Source of the DNA: Patescibacteria group bacterium
Lineage (GTDB): Bacteria > Patescibacteriota > Microgenomatia > UBA1400 > PJMF01
Length of the DNA: 64,000 bases
Direction: 5' to 3'
Assembly: GCA_052035325.1 (NCBI GenBank)
Contig: JBPOHR010000006.1
Coordinates: 3,083 to 67,082 of the forward strand
The notes under the pieces were generated by a model, which saw nothing but the letters and a program-made list of their open reading frames with translations, was not told the DNA's origin and searched no databases. The position numbers and the translations under genes were made by a program. Position 1 is the stretch's first letter. The number at the start of each line of letters is the position of its first letter. Shown in pieces: positions 9,960 to 20,435 of the stretch.

Positions 9960-10490
9960 ATGACATATGTAGCACTACTGCGCGGTATCAATGTAGGTGG
10001 TAATCAAAAAGTTAACATGAAACAACTCAAAAGTACCTTTGAGTCGGTTGGCATGAGTGAAGTCAGAACATATATCAACAGCGGGAATGTTCTTTTTGAA
10101 AGCCCCCAACTCGACACCAAAAAATTGACCAAATTTTTGGAAACGACTGTTTTTGAGACATTCCATCTACAAATCAGCATTATCATTCGTACTGCAAAAG
10201 AGATAGCAGCCATAGCAAGTGCCCTTCCCGCAAATTGGGCTAACGATACCCAAATGAAATGTGATGTATTATTTCTCTCCGGGCACATTGACAATCCTGA
10301 TGTACTCAACAAACTCCCTAAGCCTATACCAAGTGAAGACATCCTCTACATTCCTGGGTGTGTTATTTGGCGAATTGATCGCACACTTGTAACTAAAAGT
10401 AAGATGCTCAAAATCGTCGGTACTGATGTATATAAGAAAATGACCGTTCGAAATTGCAACACCGTGAGAAAAATAGCAAAACTACTGTAG
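9960..10490 (+). CDS. DUF1697 family protein
   Basis: N-terminal MTYVALLRGINVGGNQKV is typical of DUF1697. Good RBS (AAGGAG) upstream. Confidence 0.65.
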   Translation: MTYVALLRGINVGGNQKVNMKQLKSTFESVGMSEVRTYINSGNVLFESPQLDTKKLTKFLETTVFETFHLQISIIIRTAKEIAAIASALPANWANDTQMKCDVLFLSGHIDNPDVLNKLPKPIPSEDILYIPGCVIWRIDRTLVTKSKMLKIVGTDVYKKMTVRNCNTVRKIAKLL

Positions 10491-10565
10491 TTATCGGTCA
10501 AACACTTAAACCATATCTATTTTCACACAATCAATTCACATTCGTTTTGTGATAAAACTGTAATA

Positions 10566-11975
10566 ATGCTATTTAATTCGTTTTATTTCTACATATTCTT
10601 TGCGATTGTTTTTCTCACGTACTGGCTACTACCTGCAAAATACCAACCTTTGTTGCTGCTTGCAGCTAGCTACCTATTCTATGTATCAGCTCAACCGGCG
10701 TATGCACTCCTACTGCTGGCAAGCACACTAGTAAGTTACACCACAGCACGATTGATGGAGCATTTTCCTCAGAAAAAAAAGTTCGTTTTGACTGGGGCAG
10801 TGCTCATACATTTGGGGGTGCTGGGTGTATTCAAGTACTTGCATTTTTTTGCCTTAACTTTCAATCTACAGCTGCCCGCAATGAACCTCATCCTTCCGCT
10901 GGGTATCTCCTTTTTTACGTTTCAAACAATAGGGTACTTGATCGATGTCTATCGTGGCAAACACAAAGCGGAAACGAATTTAATGACATTTGCACTGTTT
11001 ATGTCGTTTTTTCCAGTGGTGACCGCGGGTCCCATTGAACGCAGAACACAACTACTACCGCAATTACACACGGCAAAAAAACTTAACTACGGACAAATCG
11101 TAAGTGGCGCACAGTTATTTGTTTTTGGTCTCTTCAAGAAGGTTGTCATTGCTGACAACCTGGCATTGGTGGTCAACCATGTATTCGATTTCTTGCCCCA
11201 ATATAAAGGCTTTAGTTTGATTTTGACTATGATCTTCTTTTCGTGGCAGCTGTATGCGGATTTTTCCGGATACACGGACATGGCCCGTGGTATAGGTAGG
11301 ATGCTTGGTTTCGAACTACTAGAAAACTTCCGCACACCATATCTCGCATCATCAGTGCAGGATTTTTGGCGCCGTTGGCACATCTCACTTTCAAGCTGGT
11401 TTCGCGACTATCTCTACATTCCTCTTGGGGGTAGCCGTGTCTCTACTTGGCGTGCCTACTTGAACACGGGCATTGTGTTTCTCGTTTGTGGTCTCTGGCA
11501 TGGTGCTTCTTGGAATTTTGTGATTTGGGGGGCGATTCATGGTTTTGTGCTGATGGGTGAACGATTCTTTTCACAACTCACAAAAAATCGTTTCAAGCTG
11601 CCGAAAATCATTGGACAACTGTATACCTATAGTGTAGTTGTAACTTCATGGATCGTATTTCGCGCACCAACTCTACCTGATGCGTGGTATGTCGCCCGAC
11701 AATCGCTGTCTGGTGTACGACACTTCATTTCTCCCATCTATCTTTGGGCAAGTGTTAGCCAAATGTTCAAGACGAATCTAGTCGAGATTGCGATTGCCTT
11801 TGGTTGCCTAGCCACCATTGTTTGTTTAGACGTTCTCAAGGATAGAGTAGGCTTGGGGAAGATTATTCGCACATTGCCAAGATACATTCGTTGGGTCGTC
11901 TATGTACTTGTCGTCACTAGTATTGTCTTACTTCAAAATACCCATGCAACCACTTTTATTTATGTCCAGTTCTAA
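10566..11975 (+). CDS. MBOAT-family membrane O-acyltransferase (AlgI/DltB-like)
   Basis: 469 aa, multi-TM, with the conserved His region (...WHISLSSWFRDYLYIPLGG...) of AlgI/DltB. Confidence 0.8.
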   Translation: MLFNSFYFYIFFAIVFLTYWLLPAKYQPLLLLAASYLFYVSAQPAYALLLLASTLVSYTTARLMEHFPQKKKFVLTGAVLIHLGVLGVFKYLHFFALTFNLQLPAMNLILPLGISFFTFQTIGYLIDVYRGKHKAETNLMTFALFMSFFPVVTAGPIERRTQLLPQLHTAKKLNYGQIVSGAQLFVFGLFKKVVIADNLALVVNHVFDFLPQYKGFSLILTMIFFSWQLYADFSGYTDMARGIGRMLGFELLENFRTPYLASSVQDFWRRWHISLSSWFRDYLYIPLGGSRVSTWRAYLNTGIVFLVCGLWHGASWNFVIWGAIHGFVLMGERFFSQLTKNRFKLPKIIGQLYTYSVVVTSWIVFRAPTLPDAWYVARQSLSGVRHFISPIYLWASVSQMFKTNLVEIAIAFGCLATIVCLDVLKDRVGLGKIIRTLPRYIRWVVYVLVVTSIVLLQNTHATTFIYVQF

Positions 11976-13116
11976 CCGCTCACTTATCACATTTCTATCT
12001 GTCATTGGCATGATACTGATGGCCACGATGCTGTTGGTGACTACGGTGTACCTCGGCTACCTACACTGGATGCGATTACCCTATGATCTGCCGCGAAATT
12101 TGTGGATTGCCCCTCCAACCGAAAACAAATATGAAATCGTGAAAGTAGGTAATTCACACGCTGACGATGCAATTACGTTCTCACATTATAATTTGCGCGG
12201 CTTGAAAGCTTCAGGCGTCGCGCAACGCTTCCGCTACGACCTCGTCATGCTCAAACAGTACCAACATCAAATAGAGGAGGGGGCGGTTATTATTATTGAT
12301 GCCTCGCATCTTTCATTTTCACATCGCTTAGCTGATGGCAATGATGGATTACAGTACAACTATTATGGCGCCGTCAGCCCACTCCTGATTCCCAATCTAA
12401 AAGTCAGTGATTACCTCCAAAGCAAAATCGTCCCTATGCTCCGAGCTGGGTATCTCCTTCGTCAAGCTCACCAAGAGAATGTTATCGCCCGGATTTCTGC
12501 CGAAGAAAAACGTCCTGAACCAACACCAACCGTCACCATTCCCGCATCGCCACCTCCGACAACTCAACCTCTGCCAACCAGTGCCACACCTGCACCAGGA
12601 TTCACCGCTGAAGAACTTCGTTTTAATGTCAATGCTATTCGAACTGAGCTTGCCAATCCCACCAAAACTCCGCCAACACATTTTATCGATAACCTCGATT
12701 TTGTTTTTAATAAGTGGTATCACACTGATGAGTTTGATCCCAAATACTTTGAGTCAAACCGACAAGATTTGGAAGCTTTAATTGCGTATTGTCTTGAGAA
12801 AGAATGGCGACCAGTGCTGATTACTATACCTGTGGCACAAAAACTTGAAGATGGCCTGTTAAGTGACTACAAACAAGTCTATCTCTATGACAATATTGCC
12901 CAGACTAACTTGCAGGGGACAGAGTACATCGACTTCACCACCCGAACAGACATCACCACAAACCTCTCACTGTTTGATAATGTTGACCATCTCAACCAGA
13001 AAGGTGCGGCCATTTTTAGTTATATTTTGCTCGGTGAGTTGATCGAACGAGGATACCTACCAAAAAGTGCGGACGGGTATGATTATCGGCCATTAGATCT
13101 AACTAGTCGGGAGTAG
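11944..13116 (+). CDS. AlgJ/DltD-like extracytoplasmic partner of the MBOAT acyltransferase
   Basis: Signal-anchor followed by an SGNH-like domain and a Pro/Thr-rich linker. ORF track start 11902 overlaps the upstream gene, so the true start is probably 11944 or 11962. Confidence 0.55.
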   Translation: MQPLLFMSSSNRSLITFLSVIGMILMATMLLVTTVYLGYLHWMRLPYDLPRNLWIAPPTENKYEIVKVGNSHADDAITFSHYNLRGLKASGVAQRFRYDLVMLKQYQHQIEEGAVIIIDASHLSFSHRLADGNDGLQYNYYGAVSPLLIPNLKVSDYLQSKIVPMLRAGYLLRQAHQENVIARISAEEKRPEPTPTVTIPASPPPTTQPLPTSATPAPGFTAEELRFNVNAIRTELANPTKTPPTHFIDNLDFVFNKWYHTDEFDPKYFESNRQDLEALIAYCLEKEWRPVLITIPVAQKLEDGLLSDYKQVYLYDNIAQTNLQGTEYIDFTTRTDITTNLSLFDNVDHLNQKGAAIFSYILLGELIERGYLPKSADGYDYRPLDLTSRE

Positions 13117-14249
13117 TTTTGGGCAAATGAAGCCTGTGAGGGATTAAAGATCGTTAGAACTCGCTGGGGTGGCACACCGAGAGCCATGAGTCTCATATGC
13201 AGATATGCCGCCCTCTTGGCGTAATAGATTCTTTCCACGACACTGCCTTTCATTGAGTGGGCTACATAAATTTCCGTGAGGGCTATCGCTCGCGTTGGAT
13301 TTTGCATCAACCAAGCATCTACCTCTTCAATTGTTTCTTGATAAATCTGCTCTATCCAAAAACGTGATGCTGAATTACGAAGCATTTCATCACCATCTGT
13401 TTGTAAATTAGAAGTGAATAACTGGGAATTTGTAGCTCTGATCTCTTGTCGAACTCGATTAAGCAATTCGTCGTCGTGACCTCTGTCAACTAAACCATGT
13501 TGCACTAAGTACTCAGCTACCAATATGTCTTCTTGACTCAACTGAGTGCGTGCTTCTATAGCATGAGCTTTCACTTTATTATCCGCCACAACATTGAGAA
13601 ATGCTGCATAGTAGCTTGGATTGAATCTCCAGAGTGCAAGTAATCTGATGAGCGAAATGCCTCTATCATAGTGGCCAACAGCAGGCACCTCTAGCATATG
13701 TAACTGCTCTGGTTTCATTGCATCGAGTAATTGCAATAGTCGCGTCGACAATGTTCTATCAGTCGTTTTGGAAAATACCGGCGAAGCTTTATAGCCAACA
13801 TATTCTTCTTCGCATCGGCTGGTAACACGTTCTAAATAACCTGGGTTTGACATCATAGTCAACGCCACTACATTTAAAAAACCCCACATGTCTGTATCCC
13901 AAAGATCAGTGTCTTCACCAAAATGTGGGTACAAGGCCCGTAAAATATGATCATAGAAAATATAATTTGTTCCTTCCCGAACATGAAGCTGTTCTAGTTT
14001 CCGCGTCTTCACTTCATCGTGAACCCATGCTTGAAAAATGCCCAGCTCGACTGCAAATGTCGTCTTGCCAGACGCTGGATTCCCTATCACGCCAATAATT
14101 GACACACGAGAATCCAGCAACCAGTTAACTATCACATGCCATGGAGTTTGGCCATATGCCGGAATTGCTTGTGCTAATGCTGGACACTCTTTGCTTAGAA
14201 AATCTCGAATGTCCCTAGTGAAGACACTTTCAGGACTAACCCTTTTCAT
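13083..14249 (-). CDS. P-loop NTPase (kinase-like Walker A) with uncharacterised C-terminal domain
   Basis: Walker A IGVIGNPASGKTT. Start overlaps the stop of the upstream HK by 4 nt (ATGA), suggesting translational coupling. Confidence 0.5.
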   Translation of the reverse strand: MKRVSPESVFTRDIRDFLSKECPALAQAIPAYGQTPWHVIVNWLLDSRVSIIGVIGNPASGKTTFAVELGIFQAWVHDEVKTRKLEQLHVREGTNYIFYDHILRALYPHFGEDTDLWDTDMWGFLNVVALTMMSNPGYLERVTSRCEEEYVGYKASPVFSKTTDRTLSTRLLQLLDAMKPEQLHMLEVPAVGHYDRGISLIRLLALWRFNPSYYAAFLNVVADNKVKAHAIEARTQLSQEDILVAEYLVQHGLVDRGHDDELLNRVRQEIRATNSQLFTSNLQTDGDEMLRNSASRFWIEQIYQETIEEVDAWLMQNPTRAIALTEIYVAHSMKGSVVERIYYAKRAAYLHMRLMALGVPPQRVLTIFNPSQASFAQNYSRLVRSNGR

Positions 14250-15397
14250 ACAGGTTGAGGGAGTGAAATGGTGACTACCGTTCCCTTGCCTAGATCTGAA
14301 GTAATAGTAATAGTACCTTGATGTTCGTCAACAATTTTTTTTGTGACAAATAATCCAATACCGAGTCCTTCTTTTAACATTTCACCTCGATAATATCGCT
14401 CGAACACATGTGTGAGATGCTCTGGCTTGATGCCTGTACCGTGGTCAGTAATGGTTACAATTAACTGCGCATCACGAACTGTGACAGCCATTTCCACAGT
14501 CGTATTTTTCATTGAGTACTTTGCAGCATTATTCAGAATATTGTTGAGTACTTGGAGGATTCGAAATGGATCAACAAAAACCTCTGCTGTAGACACAAAT
14601 TGTCTATCTATCTTCAACTGTCGACTGGAATACACGCTGTGAAAATCAAGCGCAGCTTGATCTATCAGGTCATTTAGAGATGTCATAACGGGTTGTGAAA
14701 GTATTTTTCCAGTTTGGATAGTAGTAATCTCCAATAAACCTTCTACTAGGTTGGCAAGTCTTTTTGTTGCATTGGTGAGCGCTGCTGTCCACTTCCGAGA
14801 TATTGGCTGTTGTTTTTCTATCGTTTTGTCGATCAGCTCTGCATACATAGCAAGTGTTGTGAGTGGCGTCTTTAATTCATGAGATGCCATTGAGATGAAT
14901 AAATCGCGAGCATCTAGTGCCTGATTCAGTTGAGTGAACAATAGGTTGTTGCGCAACTTCAAACTTGCTAGTGAACCAAATAATTGCAAAATACGCAGTT
15001 TTCCTTTGCCAAAGTCGCGTGTTCTACGCGAACGAAGTGTCAACACACCAAAGGCTTTTTTTTCATACACTAAGGGGACAAAAACAATACATCGTGTATC
15101 AGATTTCGCAATTTCTGGATGAAACTTTTTTAATACCCGACGAGTAATAATCACGGGTATTTGGGTCTTGAGAGCTTCAATTGTAAATCCATTGACTCTT
15201 GGTTGAAATTGTTCTGTTGTGGGAACATTGGAATATACTCTTTGTAGTTCGCCATTTTGAACTAAAAACATTGACCCTTGGTAACCATTAACAAGTCGTT
15301 CTGCCTCAGAACAAATCGTAACAAATGTGTGCTCAAGAGTGAGCGGTAACATTAGTTTCAAAGCGGACTGATAAACCTCAGTGACAGCAAACTTCAT
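14246..15397 (-). CDS. cytoplasmic GAF-like sensor histidine kinase (orphan, no adjacent response regulator)
   Basis: No TM helix; H-box SHELKTPLTTL and a HATPase_c C-terminus (GLGIGLFVTKKIV). Confidence 0.75.
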   Translation of the reverse strand: MKFAVTEVYQSALKLMLPLTLEHTFVTICSEAERLVNGYQGSMFLVQNGELQRVYSNVPTTEQFQPRVNGFTIEALKTQIPVIITRRVLKKFHPEIAKSDTRCIVFVPLVYEKKAFGVLTLRSRRTRDFGKGKLRILQLFGSLASLKLRNNLLFTQLNQALDARDLFISMASHELKTPLTTLAMYAELIDKTIEKQQPISRKWTAALTNATKRLANLVEGLLEITTIQTGKILSQPVMTSLNDLIDQAALDFHSVYSSRQLKIDRQFVSTAEVFVDPFRILQVLNNILNNAAKYSMKNTTVEMAVTVRDAQLIVTITDHGTGIKPEHLTHVFERYYRGEMLKEGLGIGLFVTKKIVDEHQGTITITSDLGKGTVVTISLPQPV

Positions 15398-15518
15398 ACA
15401 TCAGCCAGGTGTATTTGCTACGATTATGATAGTATAGCTGCTAATATCACTTGAACCAACATTTATATACTTTACAAATATTGTTGACAGATAAATCTAT
15501 TTTCTTTAGATTGAGCAA

Positions 15519-18500
15519 TTATTGTATGTTAGAGTTCTGTAAGACTGGACTCTTTTTTTTGTCATTGGCAAAGAAGCTATAATAAAGCGTAGGAATAAAT
15601 AGCAACATAATGGTGCTAGCAATCAGCAAACCAGAAATGATAGCGCCGCCTAAACCACGCCAAAGTGGGTTAGTAATAGTGATTGGTAGTAATCCCAGTA
15701 CTGTGCAGAGTTTGGTTAAAATAATGGGTTCCATGCGACTGGCACCAGCATCAGCAATTGCTTCTCGAAGTGGCATCCCCTCACGTTGATTCAGATTAAT
15801 TTTATCAACAATAAACATCGAATTGGTCACCACAATTCCGAATAAGGATAAAACTCCAATCAGTGCAGGGAATGACAAAGCGGTGCCAGTCAACGCAAAA
15901 ATGAGGAACACACTTGAAACAGCCAATGGGATAACGATGAGAACTATAAATGCCTGTCTAAACGAACCAAATTGAATCACCATCGTAACCATAATTAAAA
16001 CTGCTGAAATCACCATTGCTTGCAAAATTGAGTTGATTGATTCCTGATTTTCTTCATTAGCACCACCTGTTTGCCATGTATATTCATCTGCCATATTCAG
16101 TTTTGCCACCTGCTCCAACAGAGCCTTATTTTGCTCTGCAGCAGAACTGCCGGGTGCGGTGGCTGCAGACACAGAGATACTACGATTGCCATCTTCACGA
16201 GTTATTTGTGTCGGACTTGCCTTCACTTCAAAACTGCCCAGTGTTGCTAAAGGGTAACCAATTCCTTGTGAATTTGTGATAACCAAAGCCCCAAGCTGAT
16301 CTGGACTAGCATCTGAATCGCTCATGCGAAAGACCACATCCTGCTTTTCGTCGTGGGAAGTTGTGAATTCGATAGTATCGAGAGTAAAACCTGTTGCATA
16401 CGTGCGCAACCACAAACCAATAGCATCAATGGTCAGCCCTGCTTGAGCGATTTTTGTTTGATCGGGCACAAACTCGAGTTGACTCGTCCCAGTCCGGTAT
16501 GACTTTTCCACATTCAATGTCCCTGGTGTATTTTGCAAAAACTGGACAAGCTGGTCGGCATACACATTCAACTGAGAAATGTCGGGACCAAGCAACTGAA
16601 CTTGTACATCTGCTCCTGCAGGGGGTCCACCACTTTGCTCGACAACACTTATTTTGCCAGAATCAAAGTCACTCAGACTTTGTCGTAATTCCTCCGCAAT
16701 GATATATGACTTTTTTGTCCGTTCTTCTGCTGGTGGCAGCGTGACTGTTAAGGCCACAAAGTTACTACCTGTCGTGGAACCAAAACCACCTGCTTGTTTG
16801 CCCATTTCAGCGATAACATACGTAATTTCGGGATTATGGCGAACTTTTTCGAGCAAATGCTCTCCCGTAATCGTCGTATTTTCAAACGTTGTCCCAGCGG
16901 GCAATTCTAAATTGACATACATGGTTTTTTCATCGGTCTTTGGAAAAAATTCACTCTTCACTAAACCCAATGGTAATAGCGCAAACGAAACAACCGAGTA
17001 GACCGTGATCGCGATCAAGACTCTCCGACGTGAAACCTGTGATCCCAGGATTGAGTAAATTGTACGGTAATACCACTGGCTAAAGCCCTCAACATTAATG
17101 ACTCCATTATCAGCAATTCGCTGGATACGAGATGAAACATCTTGAAGGAGTGGCTGTTGTTTCAAAATTGCCTGCAGTTGACGCACTAAAACTGCACCAA
17201 ACTTCGCAACAAAAAATAATAATAACACATACAGTACACCTGCTAGTACTAATAACGGTGTGCCCTGAGCTAAGAAAATCGTCAATGCTAAACCAACTAA
17301 TACCCCCAAGACTTTCAAGAACAATAGTATTCTGCCTGGCATTTGTGGTTTGAGAATAAAAATCATAATTGGTAACGTAATCAAACATGCAATTGCTGTC
17401 GAAGATACCATGGTGACAGTCACCACAATCGGAATCGGTTTGATAAACTCTCCGATGATTCCTGATGTCAGTAAAAGGGGAATAAAGGACCAAATTGTTG
17501 TCAATGTAGTCGACCAAATTGGTACTATCGTATCTCTCCAAACTAACACGCCTGTCTGCAAAGGAGAAAATCTTCCTGTCTTGTAGTACGCAGTCATTGC
17601 CGACACCACCACAATTGTGTCGTCAACCAACAAACCAAGTGCTAACAAGAATGCAAATAACGATAAGAAGTTTATAGATTGTCCAAATACACTCATCAGT
17701 GCAAAAGCACTAAGAAATGTCAGTGGCACAGTAAATGAAGAAATTATTGCTTGTCTCAAGCCTAAGAAAAGTAATAAACACGCAAAAACTAACAAAATCG
17801 TGGTGCGAAATTCACCTAACAAATCGCTGAACTGGTCATTGATGTCTTCACTTGTATTTGAAAGGGTGGTTAATGAAAACCGATCACCAGCTGTCTCCAT
17901 TGTCTGAGCAACAGAGTCACTTACTACCTCACCAGCTTTATCAATACTGACTGTTGATGTTTTATAGACATAAAAAGTCACCGCCCGCTGTGCCGCTTGT
18001 TCGCGAGTTGCCAATAATGCCAATTGCTGATCTTTGATTGGAAGTTCACGAACAGTGGCAATATCACCAAGTTGGACTACCGACCCGTTCACCGACACTC
18101 TGAGTTGGCGCAGTTGTTCGATGGTGGTAATGCTTGGCTCAATAGTAACCGAAAAGGTGTTGTTTTGACTTTGAACTGTACCAGCTGGATACGAACCTGC
18201 AGATTTTTGAACAGCCTGAGCCAAAATCACCGGATTAACACCTAATTCTTTGACAGCTGTAGGAAGTATGGTAACTACCACCTCTTGCTTTTCAAACCCA
18301 CTTGTTTCCACTCTATCTACAACAGGTAAATCTTCAATCTGCACCTGCAAACGGCGAGCAAAATCCATTAATGTACGGGGATCTTCGCTGGTGGTAACAG
18401 CAAAAGTCCAGATTGGCTGATCCTCAAAGTCGAGTGCATTAACGACTGGCGTTTGAGCATCATCTGGCAAATCTGATACGCTATCTACGGCATTTTGCAC

Positions 18501-18914
18501 TTCATCTTTTGCTTTATCTCGTGCCACTGTCGAAGCAAATTGCGTCGTAACCACAGATACATTTGGACTTGATACCGATGTCATCGTATCCAAACCCTCG
18601 GCAGACTTTATTTCATTTTCCAAGGGGATGGAAATAAGTTTTTCCACATCTTCAGGAGACGCACCGGGCAAAAAGGTCACCACAGTCACAATAGGGATTT
18701 CGACTTCTGGGTTCAGTCGCTTAGGTAACGAACTAAAACTAACTAATCCAATTAAGATAATCGTTAGGGTTAACAAACCAACAAAACGTAGATTACTGAT
18801 GTATTTTGCCACCGCCGAAGTTAATAATCTTGGATCGAATTTGATCCGGGAAAAATAGCTCTGTTCAGCGTTGTGACGTTTGGAAGTAGTTGTTTTTGAA
18901 GAACTAGATCGCAT
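15519..18914 (-). CDS. RND efflux transporter permease (AcrB/HAE family)
   Basis: 1131 aa with 12 TM helices and two large periplasmic loops, the canonical RND architecture. Confidence 0.9.
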   Translation of the reverse strand: MRSSSSKTTTSKRHNAEQSYFSRIKFDPRLLTSAVAKYISNLRFVGLLTLTIILIGLVSFSSLPKRLNPEVEIPIVTVVTFLPGASPEDVEKLISIPLENEIKSAEGLDTMTSVSSPNVSVVTTQFASTVARDKAKDEVQNAVDSVSDLPDDAQTPVVNALDFEDQPIWTFAVTTSEDPRTLMDFARRLQVQIEDLPVVDRVETSGFEKQEVVVTILPTAVKELGVNPVILAQAVQKSAGSYPAGTVQSQNNTFSVTIEPSITTIEQLRQLRVSVNGSVVQLGDIATVRELPIKDQQLALLATREQAAQRAVTFYVYKTSTVSIDKAGEVVSDSVAQTMETAGDRFSLTTLSNTSEDINDQFSDLLGEFRTTILLVFACLLLFLGLRQAIISSFTVPLTFLSAFALMSVFGQSINFLSLFAFLLALGLLVDDTIVVVSAMTAYYKTGRFSPLQTGVLVWRDTIVPIWSTTLTTIWSFIPLLLTSGIIGEFIKPIPIVVTVTMVSSTAIACLITLPIMIFILKPQMPGRILLFLKVLGVLVGLALTIFLAQGTPLLVLAGVLYVLLLFFVAKFGAVLVRQLQAILKQQPLLQDVSSRIQRIADNGVINVEGFSQWYYRTIYSILGSQVSRRRVLIAITVYSVVSFALLPLGLVKSEFFPKTDEKTMYVNLELPAGTTFENTTITGEHLLEKVRHNPEITYVIAEMGKQAGGFGSTTGSNFVALTVTLPPAEERTKKSYIIAEELRQSLSDFDSGKISVVEQSGGPPAGADVQVQLLGPDISQLNVYADQLVQFLQNTPGTLNVEKSYRTGTSQLEFVPDQTKIAQAGLTIDAIGLWLRTYATGFTLDTIEFTTSHDEKQDVVFRMSDSDASPDQLGALVITNSQGIGYPLATLGSFEVKASPTQITREDGNRSISVSAATAPGSSAAEQNKALLEQVAKLNMADEYTWQTGGANEENQESINSILQAMVISAVLIMVTMVIQFGSFRQAFIVLIVIPLAVSSVFLIFALTGTALSFPALIGVLSLFGIVVTNSMFIVDKINLNQREGMPLREAIADAGASRMEPIILTKLCTVLGLLPITITNPLWRGLGGAIISGLLIASTIMLLFIPTLYYSFFANDKKKSPVLQNSNIQ

Positions 18915-18917
18915 CTG

Positions 18918-20375
18918 TTACTCTTGTACCTTAACAAGATCTCCAGCGATTATCTGGCGATCAAGTATTACCGTATCGCCATTCTTCAGTCCATCCGTCA
19001 AGATTACTGATGAGCCAGCAATATCACCAAGTGCTACCTGGTGACTAACTGCTCTAAGTGTGCCATCAATTTCTTCAGCAAGTAATACGTATGCACCATT
19101 TTGACTCTGGTAAATAGAATCTAATGGCACGGCCAATGCTGCATCATTTCCTCGACTAAGTGGGATCTTTACTATAACTGAAGTGCCTGCACTAAGCACC
19201 GCACTTAGTTCAGTTGGTAGCGAATAAGTGACTGCATGCAAGCTACCATCTGTTGGTTCTTGAGCAATCGATCTAGGTACTACTGAATAGTTCTGATTAT
19301 TAATTTCAAAAGTTGATGCTTCAATCGGCGAAACTTGGTGCGCAATTTCGCTCGAGACCAAAGCTACCGCGGATACTTCGCCAGCATCCGCTCGAAGTAT
19401 CGCTAGAGTAGTACCTGGATTGACGACTTGGCCAACTGATACTAGCACTCTTTCCACGACACCTGGGCACGGTGAGACAGGATACATCAGACTTTCGTTT
19501 ACTTGAGCTATTTTGAGATTGAGCTGTGCAATATCTCGACTTAAATCTAAGCCACGGCGTTGCAACTCAAGTTGACGGAGGGTGTTATCTCGAGAAATCC
19601 GAGCTAAATCGGCTGGTTCGCCTGAATCAGCATTCAAGTATTCGGCACTGCGCAGTCCGGATCGTAGATTAGCCAACCCCGACAAGGCCTGAGCCTTTTG
19701 GCTCTTTAACCCTGTAATGGTCGCCTCGGGTTGACTCATTGCTATTGCTTCGTTAATTTGAGCGTCCAAACTAGTGACAATTTCCTCATTCAACGTGATC
19801 AGTGCGTTGGTATCATCAAATGATTTTCGAGCAATATCACGCAACTGCGATGCTTGTGTTTCACTCTTTTCAGCAAGAAGCCGGCTAGCTTCGATACTGT
19901 CAACTTGTAACTGATAGGTATCAAGTGTCGATTGATAGTTTTTTTGACTCAGTTGGCGACTTAATGAAAAAACGTTACCACCTTGGTAATTGGTTGAGAG
20001 TGAAGCTATGCGTGTGCCGCGCTTAACACGTTCACCTTCTTTAACGCCCACTTTTTGAACAACACCACTTGTTAATGACACAATTCTGATGTTACCTGTT
20101 TTTTCAATTTCAGCTTGAACTACAAGCTCGGGTGAACCACCAACTGCAAACACTGCTGTTGACTTAGGTTCAGGAGTTTTCGCTATCTCATCCTGTGGTG
20201 GCTTACGCAAAACAGCACTAAGCACAATCACACCAATGAGTGCGATAAGCAACATAAAAAAAGCGGTTAATGGTCTTGCTGCTAGATATGAAGATGCTCT
20301 CTGCTGGATGGGCGTAAGTCTGCTAACAAACGATTTTTTTAGTGAAAGCAAGGAACTGCGACGTAATTTAGTCAT
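18918..20375 (-). CDS. RND efflux periplasmic adaptor (membrane fusion protein)
   Basis: 485 aa with an N-terminal TM helix, coiled-coil and beta-barrel segments. Lies 3 nt upstream of the RND gene. Confidence 0.8.
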   Translation of the reverse strand: MTKLRRSSLLSLKKSFVSRLTPIQQRASSYLAARPLTAFFMLLIALIGVIVLSAVLRKPPQDEIAKTPEPKSTAVFAVGGSPELVVQAEIEKTGNIRIVSLTSGVVQKVGVKEGERVKRGTRIASLSTNYQGGNVFSLSRQLSQKNYQSTLDTYQLQVDSIEASRLLAEKSETQASQLRDIARKSFDDTNALITLNEEIVTSLDAQINEAIAMSQPEATITGLKSQKAQALSGLANLRSGLRSAEYLNADSGEPADLARISRDNTLRQLELQRRGLDLSRDIAQLNLKIAQVNESLMYPVSPCPGVVERVLVSVGQVVNPGTTLAILRADAGEVSAVALVSSEIAHQVSPIEASTFEINNQNYSVVPRSIAQEPTDGSLHAVTYSLPTELSAVLSAGTSVIVKIPLSRGNDAALAVPLDSIYQSQNGAYVLLAEEIDGTLRAVSHQVALGDIAGSSVILTDGLKNGDTVILDRQIIAGDLVKVQE

Positions 20376-20390
20376 ATTTTGATATATTTT

Positions 20391-20428
20391 GAAGCAGTAG
20401 TATAATTTGTTAAGGCCTTAATTGTCAA
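20391..20428. promoter_or_regulatory. divergent overlapping promoters with central 12-bp palindrome TTAAGGCCTTAA (20410-20421)
   Basis: Plus strand has TTGATA-16-TATAAT (the -10 at 20401-20406) upstream of marR. Minus strand has TTGACA (20428-20423)-18-TATACT upstream of the MFP gene. The palindrome sits between the -35 and -10 elements of both, the expected place for a MarR operator. Confidence 0.5.
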
Positions 20429-20435
20429 GGTATTT

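Noticed and set aside
16076-18858. Multiple 60-140 aa ORFs inside or antisense to the RND transporter gene
   Set aside because: They lie entirely within a well-supported 1131-aa CDS on the opposite strand or in alternative frames; no independent support.
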